From: Gemmatimonas sp.
Lineage (GTDB): Bacteria; Gemmatimonadota; Gemmatimonadetes; Gemmatimonadales; Gemmatimonadaceae
Length of the DNA stretch: 64,000 nucleotides
Direction: 5' to 3'
NCBI GenBank assembly: GCA_965279375.1
Contig: OZ257156.1
Location: 704,001-768,000 of the forward strand
Shown piece after piece: positions 1 to 8,807 of this stretch. Position numbers and translations under genes: made by a program. Within the stretch, counting starts at the first letter, position 1. Each line of letters begins with the position of its first letter. A model generated the notes under the pieces. It was given only the letters and a program-made list of their open reading frames with translations. It searched no databases and was not told where the DNA came from.

Positions 1-773
1 CCTTCTATGTGCGTGCGAGACGGATCATGACAGAGTACGAACGCATCGGGTTGCGAGCCGTGCAGCAAGCCGAGCGTGACGCCCGCATATGCCGGATGAA
101 ACAGGGATCCCTGCCCCTCGATCACGTCCCAATGATCGGGTGCGTTGTCCGGCGAGAGCTGCTCCGCCGCACCCGCGACGAAGTCCGCCACCACCGCATC
201 GATGGCAACGCCCTCGCCGGCGATCATGATGCCCGTCTGCCCTGTGGCGCGAAACGTCGCCTTCGCGCCCTGCGCACGGAGCGCATTCGTGAGCGCGAGC
301 GCCGTGTACTTCTTTCCCAATGCGCAGTCGGTGCCCACGGTGGCCACACGCATGCCGCTGCGCTTGCGCCCGGTGCCGCACGGAAACACCACGTCGCTGT
401 GCCGCACGTCGTGCAGATGCACACCGTGCTCCTCAGCCGCACGTACCAGCGCTGGAAACGAGGTGAGGCGCGTGTGCATGCCACTCACCACATCCATCCC
501 CGCGCCAATTGCCGCAAGCAGATCGGGAAGCCAGTCGGCGGGCAGCTTTCCGCCCACCGCCGCGATCCCGACGACGATGCTGCCGGCGCCCTGTGCCGCT
601 GCCCGCGCCGGCGACAGTCGCGGCACACCGACGCTCAGCGACGTGCTGGGCAAACTCCACTCGCCCAGCACGTCATCGCGACACCAGTCGCGCAGGCCGC
701 ACGCGGTCTTGGCGTCGCCGATGTCCTGCGCGCCGCCGAGGTACAGCAGGTACGGCTTCCTGAGCTGATGCAT
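1..773 (-). CDS. dgcN: DUF1611 family protein / D-glutamate N-acetyltransferase DgcN-like (3' end truncated by window edge)
   Basis: Not in the ORF track. Manual translation from ATG at 773 gives MHQLRKPYLLYLGGAQDIGDAKTACGLRDW...GMDVVSGMH...TVGTDCALGKKYTALAL, the P-loop-like TDCxxGK motif typical of DUF1611. Confidence 0.8.
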   Translation of the reverse strand, partial: MHQLRKPYLLYLGGAQDIGDAKTACGLRDWCRDDVLGEWSLPSTSLSVGVPRLSPARAAAQGAGSIVVGIAAVGGKLPADWLPDLLAAIGAGMDVVSGMHTRLTSFPALVRAAEEHGVHLHDVRHSDVVFPCGTGRKRSGMRVATVGTDCALGKKYTALALTNALRAQGAKATFRATGQTGIMIAGEGVAIDAVVADFVAGAAEQLSPDNAPDHWDVIEGQGSLFHPAYAGVTLGLLHGSQPDAFVLCHDPSRTHIE

Positions 774-778
774 GCGAG

Positions 779-2917
779 TTACTGGACCGTCTTGGTGCCG
801 AGCGTGAAGCGCGCAATCCACTCGTACTCGCGCTTCATGCGATCCATCTGGTGATAGTACTCGCTGAAGCCGTGGCCTTCGCGCGGATAGAAGACGAGTT
901 CCGTCGTCTTGCCGCGATTCTTGAGCGCGCGGTAGAACTCCATCGGCTGGCCGATCGGTACGCGCTCGTCGTTGCCACCATGCAGGATGAGCAGCGGCGT
1001 GGTCACCTTGTCGCTGTAGCTGATGGCGGAGCGCTCGAGCATGAACTTCATCTGCGGATTCATGATGGAGCCGTCGTACTGCGGATTGCCGTTGAAGAAG
1101 GTGTCGATGTAGCCCGGAATGTCCGTCGTACCCGCCATCGAGAGCAGCGAGGGCAATCCGGCACCCATCATCGCCGCCTTGAAGCGTCCCGTCTGCGACA
1201 CCACCCACGACGTCATGTAGCCGCCGTAGCTCCATCCTTCGAACGCCATGCGCGTGGAGTCCACAATGCCGCGCGCAATCAACGCATCGACGCCCGTCAT
1301 GATGTCGCGATAGTCACCGCCGCCCCAATCAGGGATGTTGCCACGCATCCACTTCTCGCCGTAGCCTGTCGACCCGCGGGGATTGGGATAGAGCACCGCC
1401 CACCCCTGCGCGGCCCAGGTCTGTCCGGGATCGGTGCCGCCCTTGAAGCCGTTCACGTGCGCGCCCGTGGGGCCGCCGTGCGCCGATACGATCAGCGGAA
1501 CCTTGGTGCCCGCCGTCCAACCCACCGGCTTGAGCAGCACGCCTTCCACCGTCGCGCCGTCCTTGCTCTTCCACGTGATGACTTCCGACGCGCCTAACGC
1601 CACGTCGCTGAGCCACGCATTGGACGTCGTGATGCGCTTTGGCGAGGGAATCGACGCATCCTGCACATAGATCTCACTCGGCAGATCCGGCGTGTTGAAC
1701 ACGAACGCCATTCGCGAACCATCCTTGCTCGCAGAGACGCCGGCAACCAGCACGTCCTTCGTCACCTTGCTGTAGCTCTTGGTGGCGATCGTGTAGTCGT
1801 ACAGCGACTGGTAGACGCGATCGCTCGCACTGAACCAGAGATGCTTGCCGTCAGGCGACCAGCGCGGCGCACCAGCGCTCACATCGAACGTCGGCGTGGC
1901 ATGATCCGTCAGCGCGCGCGACGCCACATCCCACGTGACCAGATGCGCGTTGCGAATCGTGCGCGGCATGATGCCGTCCTTGTAGGCCTTCCACTCCTGC
2001 GCGTTGAGCGTGAAGGCCAGTGTGCGACCATCCGGCGAAAAGGCCGGCGTGCTCTCCACTTCACCGGGGATGTTCAGCGCATCGAGCGCCTTGCTGGCGA
2101 CATCGACGACATACGCGCCGCGCCGTTCGTCGCGAATGAGCGTGGTGGGCGATGCGTCGAATGCCAGCTTGCTGCCATCGGGGGACCATGACGGCGCGCC
2201 GCGCACTGTGTAGGCGCCGCTGGTGATCTTGGTGGCCTTCTTCGTGTCCACGTCCACCACCCAGAGGTGGTTCATGCGCAGATCGCCTTCGTACACCTTG
2301 GGATCGTCACGGCGACGCAGTTTCGCTTCGGCGTCGCGCGTGAGCGTGTCCGGCGTGAGATAGGCAATGCGCTTGCCGTCGGGCGACCAGCTGTAGGCGA
2401 CGATGCCATCGCGCGCGCTCGTGAGCTGCGTGCCTTCACCGCCATCCGATGCCAGCAGCCAGATCTGCGGGCGCGGCCCGTCTTCACCGGTGGCCGTGCC
2501 GCGTGCGCTCACGAACGAGATCATGGAGCCTTCTGGCGACCACTGCGGCTGCGATTCACCGCGTTCGCTCGAGGTGAGCTGGCGCGCGTTGCCGCCCGCG
2601 TACGGTACGATCCACACATGCGATCGACGGTCATGCTTGTCGCCCAGCGCGGTGTCGCCCTTGGCGTTGGCATGTTCCCACGCCGAGATCGTGTAGAGCA
2701 CCCGCGCGCCATCGGGAGAAAGCGCCACGCCTCCCACAGCGCGCACGCGCATGATGTCGTCGGCGGTCATGCCGCGTTTGCCCTGTGCGAGCGCGAGCGA
2801 GGGAAACGCGATCGCCGCCGTGCCCATCAGCGTCAGTCGAGCGCGCGACAGAGAGCAACGGAGCTGGTGACCGCCGTGGAGGGACGCGAGACGGTGCCGC
2901 TGGAGCAGGGTGCGCAT
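779..2917 (-). CDS. Secreted S9 family peptidase (dipeptidyl/acylaminoacyl peptidase)
   Basis: PD40-like propeller repeats (WSPDG), HGGP, GWSYGG nucleophile, D (GNDERV) and H (EGHG) of the triad. Start at 2917 chosen for GGAG RBS and signal peptide. Confidence 0.92.
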   Translation of the reverse strand: MRTLLQRHRLASLHGGHQLRCSLSRARLTLMGTAAIAFPSLALAQGKRGMTADDIMRVRAVGGVALSPDGARVLYTISAWEHANAKGDTALGDKHDRRSHVWIVPYAGGNARQLTSSERGESQPQWSPEGSMISFVSARGTATGEDGPRPQIWLLASDGGEGTQLTSARDGIVAYSWSPDGKRIAYLTPDTLTRDAEAKLRRRDDPKVYEGDLRMNHLWVVDVDTKKATKITSGAYTVRGAPSWSPDGSKLAFDASPTTLIRDERRGAYVVDVASKALDALNIPGEVESTPAFSPDGRTLAFTLNAQEWKAYKDGIMPRTIRNAHLVTWDVASRALTDHATPTFDVSAGAPRWSPDGKHLWFSASDRVYQSLYDYTIATKSYSKVTKDVLVAGVSASKDGSRMAFVFNTPDLPSEIYVQDASIPSPKRITTSNAWLSDVALGASEVITWKSKDGATVEGVLLKPVGWTAGTKVPLIVSAHGGPTGAHVNGFKGGTDPGQTWAAQGWAVLYPNPRGSTGYGEKWMRGNIPDWGGGDYRDIMTGVDALIARGIVDSTRMAFEGWSYGGYMTSWVVSQTGRFKAAMMGAGLPSLLSMAGTTDIPGYIDTFFNGNPQYDGSIMNPQMKFMLERSAISYSDKVTTPLLILHGGNDERVPIGQPMEFYRALKNRGKTTELVFYPREGHGFSEYYHQMDRMKREYEWIARFTLGTKTVQ

Positions 2918-3069
2918 GGATCGATCTCCGGAAAGGTGAACTGCCCGAATATGCGCCCTGTTGGCGGCCGAGTCCAAGCGGTGGATCGCCGAGGGGTGGA
3001 TCGCCGCGCGGACTTTGAGTCCGGGCGTAGATTGTGCGCGATGAACTCCTCTCGACTGGGTGCGCGGCG

Positions 3070-4314
3070 ATGACGTCGCTCTTTGGCTGGTGGCAAGCGG
3101 GCGATGCGCGGGCCAAGCGGGCACTGATCGCGGCCGCGGCGGGCTGGATGCTCGACGCATTCGACGTCATGCTCTACGCGCTCGTGATCCCGGCCGTCAT
3201 CAAGGAGTTTGGGCTCACCAAAGGCGAGGCGGGCATACTGGGTTCGGTCACGCTGCTCGCCGCGGCGGGCGGTGGGATCGCCTTTGGCTTCGTCTCCGAT
3301 CGATTTGGACGTACGCGTGCCCTGATGGGCAGTGTACTCATCTACTCGGTCGCGACCGCCCTCTGTGGCCTGTCGCAGAACCTCACGCAGCTGCTGATCT
3401 TCCGCACGCTGCTCGGCATCGGCATGGGCGGCGAGTGGGCGAGCGGCGCGGCCCTGGTCAGCGAAAGCTGGCCCGATGCGCACCGCGGCAAGGCACTCGG
3501 CTTCATGCAGAGTGCGTGGGCGATCGGCTACGGCTTGGCGGCGTTGGTGGTGGCGATCGTGCTGCCCAACTTCGGCTGGCGGGCGGTGTTTTTTGTGGGG
3601 CTGCTGCCAGCTGGGCTGGTGGTCTGGGTGCGACGCAGCGTGGAAGAGTCACCGTTGTGGACCGCTCAGCAACGCCTGAAGGCCACCGCGCCCAGTGCGC
3701 CCAAGGCGAGCCTCGCCGACGCGTTCAAGGGACCACTCGGCCGCATCACCATTGCCGTCACGGCGATGAACGCGTGCACCCTGTTCGGGTGGTGGGGGCT
3801 CAACACGTGGATCCCGTCGTACCTGTCGTTGCCAGAGGCGCAGGGCGGCATCGGCTTCACTCCCACGGTGATGTCGGGATTGGTGATCGCGATGCAGGTG
3901 GGAATGTGGCTGGGCTACGTGACGTTTGGATTCGTCAGCGATGCGATGGGTCGCAAGCGCACGTACATCACCTATCTGCTGATGGCGAGCGTCTTGTTGC
4001 CGCTGTACGGCATCACGCACTCGCCGTGGTTGCTGCTGGCGTTGGGGCCACTCGTCGCGTTCTTCGGCACGGGCTACTACAGCGGCTTCGGTGCGCTCAC
4101 GGCCGAGCTGTATCCCACGGCCATTCGTGGCGCGGCGCAGGGGTTCACGTACAATCTCGGGCGCATCGCGAGTGCCGCCGCGCCGTTCACCGTGGGTTCG
4201 ATGGCCGCGTCACGCGGATTTGCCGCGGCGTTTGCGGTGACTGGGGCCGCGTTTCTCTTGGCCGCGACGGCCTGGCGTTGGATCCCCGAAACGAAAGGAC
4301 GAACGCTCAGTTAG
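3070..4314 (+). CDS. MFS transporter (aromatic acid/sialate:H+ symporter-like)
   Basis: About 12 hydrophobic segments; GFVSDRFGRTR motif A; GIGMGGEW; ELYPTAIRG. Confidence 0.9.
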   Translation: MTSLFGWWQAGDARAKRALIAAAAGWMLDAFDVMLYALVIPAVIKEFGLTKGEAGILGSVTLLAAAGGGIAFGFVSDRFGRTRALMGSVLIYSVATALCGLSQNLTQLLIFRTLLGIGMGGEWASGAALVSESWPDAHRGKALGFMQSAWAIGYGLAALVVAIVLPNFGWRAVFFVGLLPAGLVVWVRRSVEESPLWTAQQRLKATAPSAPKASLADAFKGPLGRITIAVTAMNACTLFGWWGLNTWIPSYLSLPEAQGGIGFTPTVMSGLVIAMQVGMWLGYVTFGFVSDAMGRKRTYITYLLMASVLLPLYGITHSPWLLLALGPLVAFFGTGYYSGFGALTAELYPTAIRGAAQGFTYNLGRIASAAAPFTVGSMAASRGFAAAFAVTGAAFLLAATAWRWIPETKGRTLS

Positions 4315-4371
4315 GCCCGAGCGTTCGTCCTTTGCTGCGCTGCTGACGTGCCCGCAGTCGACTGGCGTGAG

Positions 4372-6048
4372 TCAGTACCCGACGGCCATCCCGTCTTTGC
4401 GCGGATCACTGCCGGCCGCGTAGCCCTTGGCGAGACGCACGATCGCCTGCGCACCACCGAATGAGACCGGCCCTTCGGGGACGAGCACGTGACCCATGGC
4501 CATGAGTGCATCGCGTACACCATCGCCGACCGGCGTTTCGATCGCGACGCGCTGTCCGTCCAGATGACGAAAGCGTGCCGCATCGATGGACTGCTGCACG
4601 TCCATGCCGAACACGAGATGATTGAGCACGAACTGCACGTGCCCTTGCGCCTGCATGCCGCCGCCCATCAGTCCAAAGCTCATGTACGGCTGTTCCTTGC
4701 CATTCTCCCGACGCGTGATGAACGCGGGAATGAGCGTGTGAAACGGACGCTTCCCCGCAGCCGCCGTGTTGGGCAGGTCCGCCGTGAGTGAGAAGCTGGC
4801 GCCGCGATTGTGCAACGCGAATCCGGTCCCGGGTACGACGATGCCCGAACCAAACGCGTCGTAGTTGGAGTTGATCAGCGACACCATGTTCCCTTCAGCG
4901 TCGGCCACGGTCAGGTAGATCGTCTCGCTCGCCGTGCGCAGCGGACCGGGCTCCACGCGCGCCTGCGCCTTGGCGGGGTCCAAATGGCTGCGCCGCTCGT
5001 TGATGAACGCGTCCATCAGCATGCGATCGGCCGGCATCGCCAGATGATCGGCATCGCCCACGAATCGATCGAGATCGGCGTAGGCGAGCTTCTTGGCTTC
5101 GATGAGATGGTGCAGATACGCCGCCGAGTTGTGCCCCATGCCCTTGAGATCATAGGGCTCGAGGATGCGGAGCATTTCGAGCGCGGCGATCCCCTGATTG
5201 TTGGGCGGCAACTCCCACACCCGATAGCCCTGAAACGGAACCGACAGCGGCGTCACCCAATTGGGCGAGTTCTTGCGCATGTCATCCAGGGTGATGAACC
5301 CATCGAGCGCCTTGAGTCGCGCGACGATGCGCTGTCCGATCACACCGCCGTAGAATGCGCCCACCCCCTCGGTGGTGATGGTCTGCAGCGTGCGAGCGTA
5401 GTCGGGGTTGCGGAACCATTCGCCCGCCTTTGGCGCGCGGCCGCCGGGTAAGAATGTCGCGGCCGCCGCTGAGTCCTTCTTGAGCAACGCCGTTTCGTCC
5501 GCCCACTGCGACGCGATGATCGGCGTGACCGGGAAGCCATCGCGGGCGTACCGAATGGCCGGCTGCAGGGCATCGCCCAACGTGCGCTTGCCGTACTTGC
5601 GGATCAGCATTTCCCAGCCGGCCAGCGCGCCCGGCACCGTCACCGACATCACGCCCTGCTGCGATCCGGAGCGAAAGCCGCGCGCCGACAGCTTGTCACG
5701 CGTGAGCAGCGAGCCCGCGCGGCCGCTGGCGTTGAGCGCCACCAGCTTCTGCTCCTTGGCCAGCCAGACGATGGCGAACATGTCGCCGCCGATGCCGGTC
5801 ATATGCGGCTCGGTCACGCTCAGCACCGCCGCGGCCGCGATGGCCGCATCGATCGCGTTGCCGCCGATGCGCAGCACCTCCAGCCCCGCACTCGACGCCA
5901 GCGGTTGACTGGTCGCGACCATGCCGCTGGGCGCATAAACCGTCGAGCGTCCCGCCATGGTGGTCGCGCGTTGCGATTGCGCGTGCGAAGGGATCAGCAT
6001 CGCCACAGTGATCGTAGCGACAGCAGTGGAGAACGAAACACGGGACAT
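4372..6048 (-). CDS. ggt: Gamma-glutamyltransferase (secreted), paralog 1
   Basis: GGNAIDAAIA, GIGGD, ELPPNNQG, autocleavage Thr in ASE-TIYLTVAD, GKRPFHT, SDPRKDG. Confidence 0.93.
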   Translation of the reverse strand: MSRVSFSTAVATITVAMLIPSHAQSQRATTMAGRSTVYAPSGMVATSQPLASSAGLEVLRIGGNAIDAAIAAAAVLSVTEPHMTGIGGDMFAIVWLAKEQKLVALNASGRAGSLLTRDKLSARGFRSGSQQGVMSVTVPGALAGWEMLIRKYGKRTLGDALQPAIRYARDGFPVTPIIASQWADETALLKKDSAAAATFLPGGRAPKAGEWFRNPDYARTLQTITTEGVGAFYGGVIGQRIVARLKALDGFITLDDMRKNSPNWVTPLSVPFQGYRVWELPPNNQGIAALEMLRILEPYDLKGMGHNSAAYLHHLIEAKKLAYADLDRFVGDADHLAMPADRMLMDAFINERRSHLDPAKAQARVEPGPLRTASETIYLTVADAEGNMVSLINSNYDAFGSGIVVPGTGFALHNRGASFSLTADLPNTAAAGKRPFHTLIPAFITRRENGKEQPYMSFGLMGGGMQAQGHVQFVLNHLVFGMDVQQSIDAARFRHLDGQRVAIETPVGDGVRDALMAMGHVLVPEGPVSFGGAQAIVRLAKGYAAGSDPRKDGMAVGY

Positions 6049-6193
6049 CGAGACTCCGAACGGAAAGCCAGCGAAGAAACAACCAAGAACTGACCGAGGA
6101 TCAGCAGGCGCTCGACACACTGCACGCCCTATCGCGGATAGGTTGCGGCGTGGGGCGACACTCGGCAAGTCGGAGGGGCCTCGGCGCGCTCCG

Positions 6194-7303
6194 TTAGATC
6201 AGCACGGCGTCCACGCTCCGTCGCAACGATTGTGGCCGTACGGGGCCGCGCCCGAATCGGACGATCAAATCAGGTCGCTGACCGCTGATGCCCATCGACG
6301 CGGCGAACGGCTCACGGAGCGCCAGGACCTCCAACGGCTGGTTCAACATGGCGACACGAATTCCAAGCGCAGTGCATTGCAAGGCAAATCGCTCATAGCA
6401 GCGGCCAACCTCGATCCAGTGCGCTACGTCGGCCACCTCGGACACAAAGACAGCGATGCCCGCAGAGCTTCGGATCTGTGCCGCGTAGCGGTCGTTGTCC
6501 TTCGCGGGCCGCATCGACAGGTCAAAGAGCAACGGCCCAAGCCACGAGGGGACACTCGGATTTCCGGACGAACCCGCGTACAGTCCGTCGCCCGTGCGAA
6601 TCGCGTCGTCGCGGTTGAAACGAATCCACCGTTTGAGCTCGTCCACGAAGCGATCATCACCCAACTGCGCGCTGTTTCCGGCAGCCACCTGCTCCAGTAT
6701 GCGTTCCATTCCTGGCGTGTCGGTGACCATCCGGACGCGCACGCCCGCACCAGTGACTGCTTGCTCGAGTTGCGCGAGCTCGTGTAGTGGTACCGACTGC
6801 CCGTCGAAGAGTCCGCGCGTGTGCTGTCGGTTTGGAATGGCCTTATAGAGGACGGACGCAACGGCCGCCGTGGGCGTCAGCGTGATGCGTACGCTCTGGC
6901 TCGATCCATCGTACTGCACCTCCGCCTGACGTCCGAACGCCAATGCCGCCTGCACCAGATTCTCAGTGGCGCATCCAAGCGACACGAACAGATGGTGATC
7001 GTCCGGATCGACCACAGGACAGCGCCGAGCGAGATCGGGCGCGATGGTGATCGCGCGACCAACGGGGTCACTGTGGAACAGCCAGCACTGTGTGTTGTGA
7101 CTGGACGGCGCCAGCGTGGCGCACCGAATCAACTCGCGGTACAGCGCCGAGTCGCCGACCGGTGCGGCGTTGGACAAACGCCACGTCGCGCGCGTCGCGG
7201 TGGCATAGCGGTCGATGCTCGCCTGCGATGCACAGCCTTGCAGTGCGGGGAGTGCGCCCACGGTCGTACCGGCCGCAACCACGAATTGGCGTCGAGAAAG
7301 CAT
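6194..7303 (-). CDS. Acg-family FMN-binding nitroreductase-like protein with Tat signal
   Basis: SRRQFV Tat motif, LQGC lipobox-like, LAPSSHNTQ, SLGCATENL, C-terminal RFGRG...SLRR. Confidence 0.85.
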   Translation of the reverse strand: MLSRRQFVVAAGTTVGALPALQGCASQASIDRYATATRATWRLSNAAPVGDSALYRELIRCATLAPSSHNTQCWLFHSDPVGRAITIAPDLARRCPVVDPDDHHLFVSLGCATENLVQAALAFGRQAEVQYDGSSQSVRITLTPTAAVASVLYKAIPNRQHTRGLFDGQSVPLHELAQLEQAVTGAGVRVRMVTDTPGMERILEQVAAGNSAQLGDDRFVDELKRWIRFNRDDAIRTGDGLYAGSSGNPSVPSWLGPLLFDLSMRPAKDNDRYAAQIRSSAGIAVFVSEVADVAHWIEVGRCYERFALQCTALGIRVAMLNQPLEVLALREPFAASMGISGQRPDLIVRFGRGPVRPQSLRRSVDAVLI

Positions 7304-7522
7304 GGATCGGCTCCGAAATCGAGGCACGGACTGAACGCGTCATATCGTCAATACTGCAAGTCGAAGTCCAGCGCGGTTGGCTTCGCGGTAACGAACCCGC
7401 ACTCCGCCAACCTCGACTGAGAGGCCGCGTTGGGCACGATTCCGGCAGTGAGTCTGTCTGCGCGCCGTTTCACGCGCACCGCATGCTGCGTGACGCCTCC
7501 TTCACTCGCACCGGAACGTCTG

Positions 7523-8293
7523 ATGCTCAACAGAGCCAACGAACTCAAAGGGTACGCACTGCACGGCCTCGACGGTGACATCGGGCGAGTCCTCGAGTTC
7601 CTCTTCGACGACAAGTACTGGACGGTTCGCTACTTGAGTGCGGAGACCGGCAAGTGGATTCCCAATCGGCAGGTGCTCATTTCGCCGTACGCACTGGGCG
7701 CGGTGCATGCCGAAGCGCGGACGATCGGCGTATCGCTGACGAAGCAGCATATCCTCGACAGTCCGCCGCTCAGCAGCGACGAGCCCGTCTCCCGCCAGTA
7801 CGAAGAATCATTCTATGGGTACTACCAGTATCCGATGTACTTCGGTGGTGGCAACATGTGGGGCGCGTACCCCTACATCGCCCGGGATCGCGACAGCTGG
7901 AAGAACACCGACCCAGCGGCCAAGCACTGGGATGCGCACCTGCGGAGCACGACGGTCGTCACAGGTTACCACGTGCAGGCCACCGACGACGAAATCGGCC
8001 ACGTGAAGGACTTCATCATCGATGATGACACGTGGGCCATTCGGTATCTCGTGGTCGACACTCGCAACTGGTGGCCAGGCAAGATGGTCCTCGTCGCGCC
8101 GCACTGGATCGATCGGGTGAGCTGGACCGACTCCAAGGTGTTCGCATCGGTCACACGCGACCAGATCAAGAATGCTCCGGAGTACACCGATGGCACCGTG
8201 ATCACGCGCGAGTACGAAGAGCGACTGCACGAGCACTACCGGCAGACTGGCTATTGGATGGACGAGTCGGTGGCGGTGACGCATGCGTCGTAA
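7523..8293 (+). CDS. Tandem PRC-barrel domain protein
   Basis: Two repeats of GYxxxxxDxxIGxVxDFxxDDxxWxxRYLxxxTxxW. Confidence 0.88.
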   Translation: MLNRANELKGYALHGLDGDIGRVLEFLFDDKYWTVRYLSAETGKWIPNRQVLISPYALGAVHAEARTIGVSLTKQHILDSPPLSSDEPVSRQYEESFYGYYQYPMYFGGGNMWGAYPYIARDRDSWKNTDPAAKHWDAHLRSTTVVTGYHVQATDDEIGHVKDFIIDDDTWAIRYLVVDTRNWWPGKMVLVAPHWIDRVSWTDSKVFASVTRDQIKNAPEYTDGTVITREYEERLHEHYRQTGYWMDESVAVTHAS

Positions 8294-8329
8294 CGACGAG
8301 TCCGCGCGAGACGCCTCCGGAGCAACCGC

Positions 8330-8665
8330 ATGAAGGTCCTGCTGAACACCGACCGGAACATTGATGGCGGCGAGGCGCTGGCGCTCCGCGTGCGGGTCGA
8401 CGTGGAAGTGGCGCTGGCGCATTTCAGCGAGCGCATCTCTCGCGTCGAGGTGCATGTGAGCGACGAGAATGGCACGAAACGCGGGCAGGAGGACAAGCGC
8501 TGCGTGATGGAGGCTCGCCTCGAAGGGCGTTCGCCGGTCGCGGTCACCAGCCACGCCGCGACGGTCGACCTCGCGGTGCACAGCGCCGCTGCCAAACTCT
8601 CGCGACTGATCGATCACACCCTCGGCAGTGAACAGCAACCGCATCGCGTCCACCGGGACGACTAG
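8330..8665 (+). CDS. HPF/RaiA (sigma-54 modulation / S30EA) family protein
   Basis: NTDRNIDG...RISRVEVHVSDENG.KRG.EDKRCVMEARLEG signature. Confidence 0.82.
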   Translation: MKVLLNTDRNIDGGEALALRVRVDVEVALAHFSERISRVEVHVSDENGTKRGQEDKRCVMEARLEGRSPVAVTSHAATVDLAVHSAAAKLSRLIDHTLGSEQQPHRVHRDD

Positions 8666-8807
8666 TCACCGCACGGCGGCGTCCGTCATGATTTCCTAAT
8701 CCGGCGCTCATCGACCGCTAACACAATCGAACAACTGACGCCGTATCGTCGAGCTGTCAACACGAGAAGCCTCCGGGACACCACACCCGCTCTCGATACG
8801 GTACGTC

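Noticed and set aside
9..854. 281-aa and 207-aa plus-strand ORFs, and the many long antisense ORFs elsewhere (e.g. 20545-23463, 44938-47061, 60970-62559)
   Set aside because: Shadow ORFs of high-GC coding regions; the opposite strand carries recognisable protein families.
7431..7447. Possible sigma-54 promoter (GGGCACGATTCCGGCA) upstream of the PRC-barrel/HPF genes
   Set aside because: GG-N10-GC spacing is right, but the -12 element lacks TTGC; too weak in GC-rich DNA.
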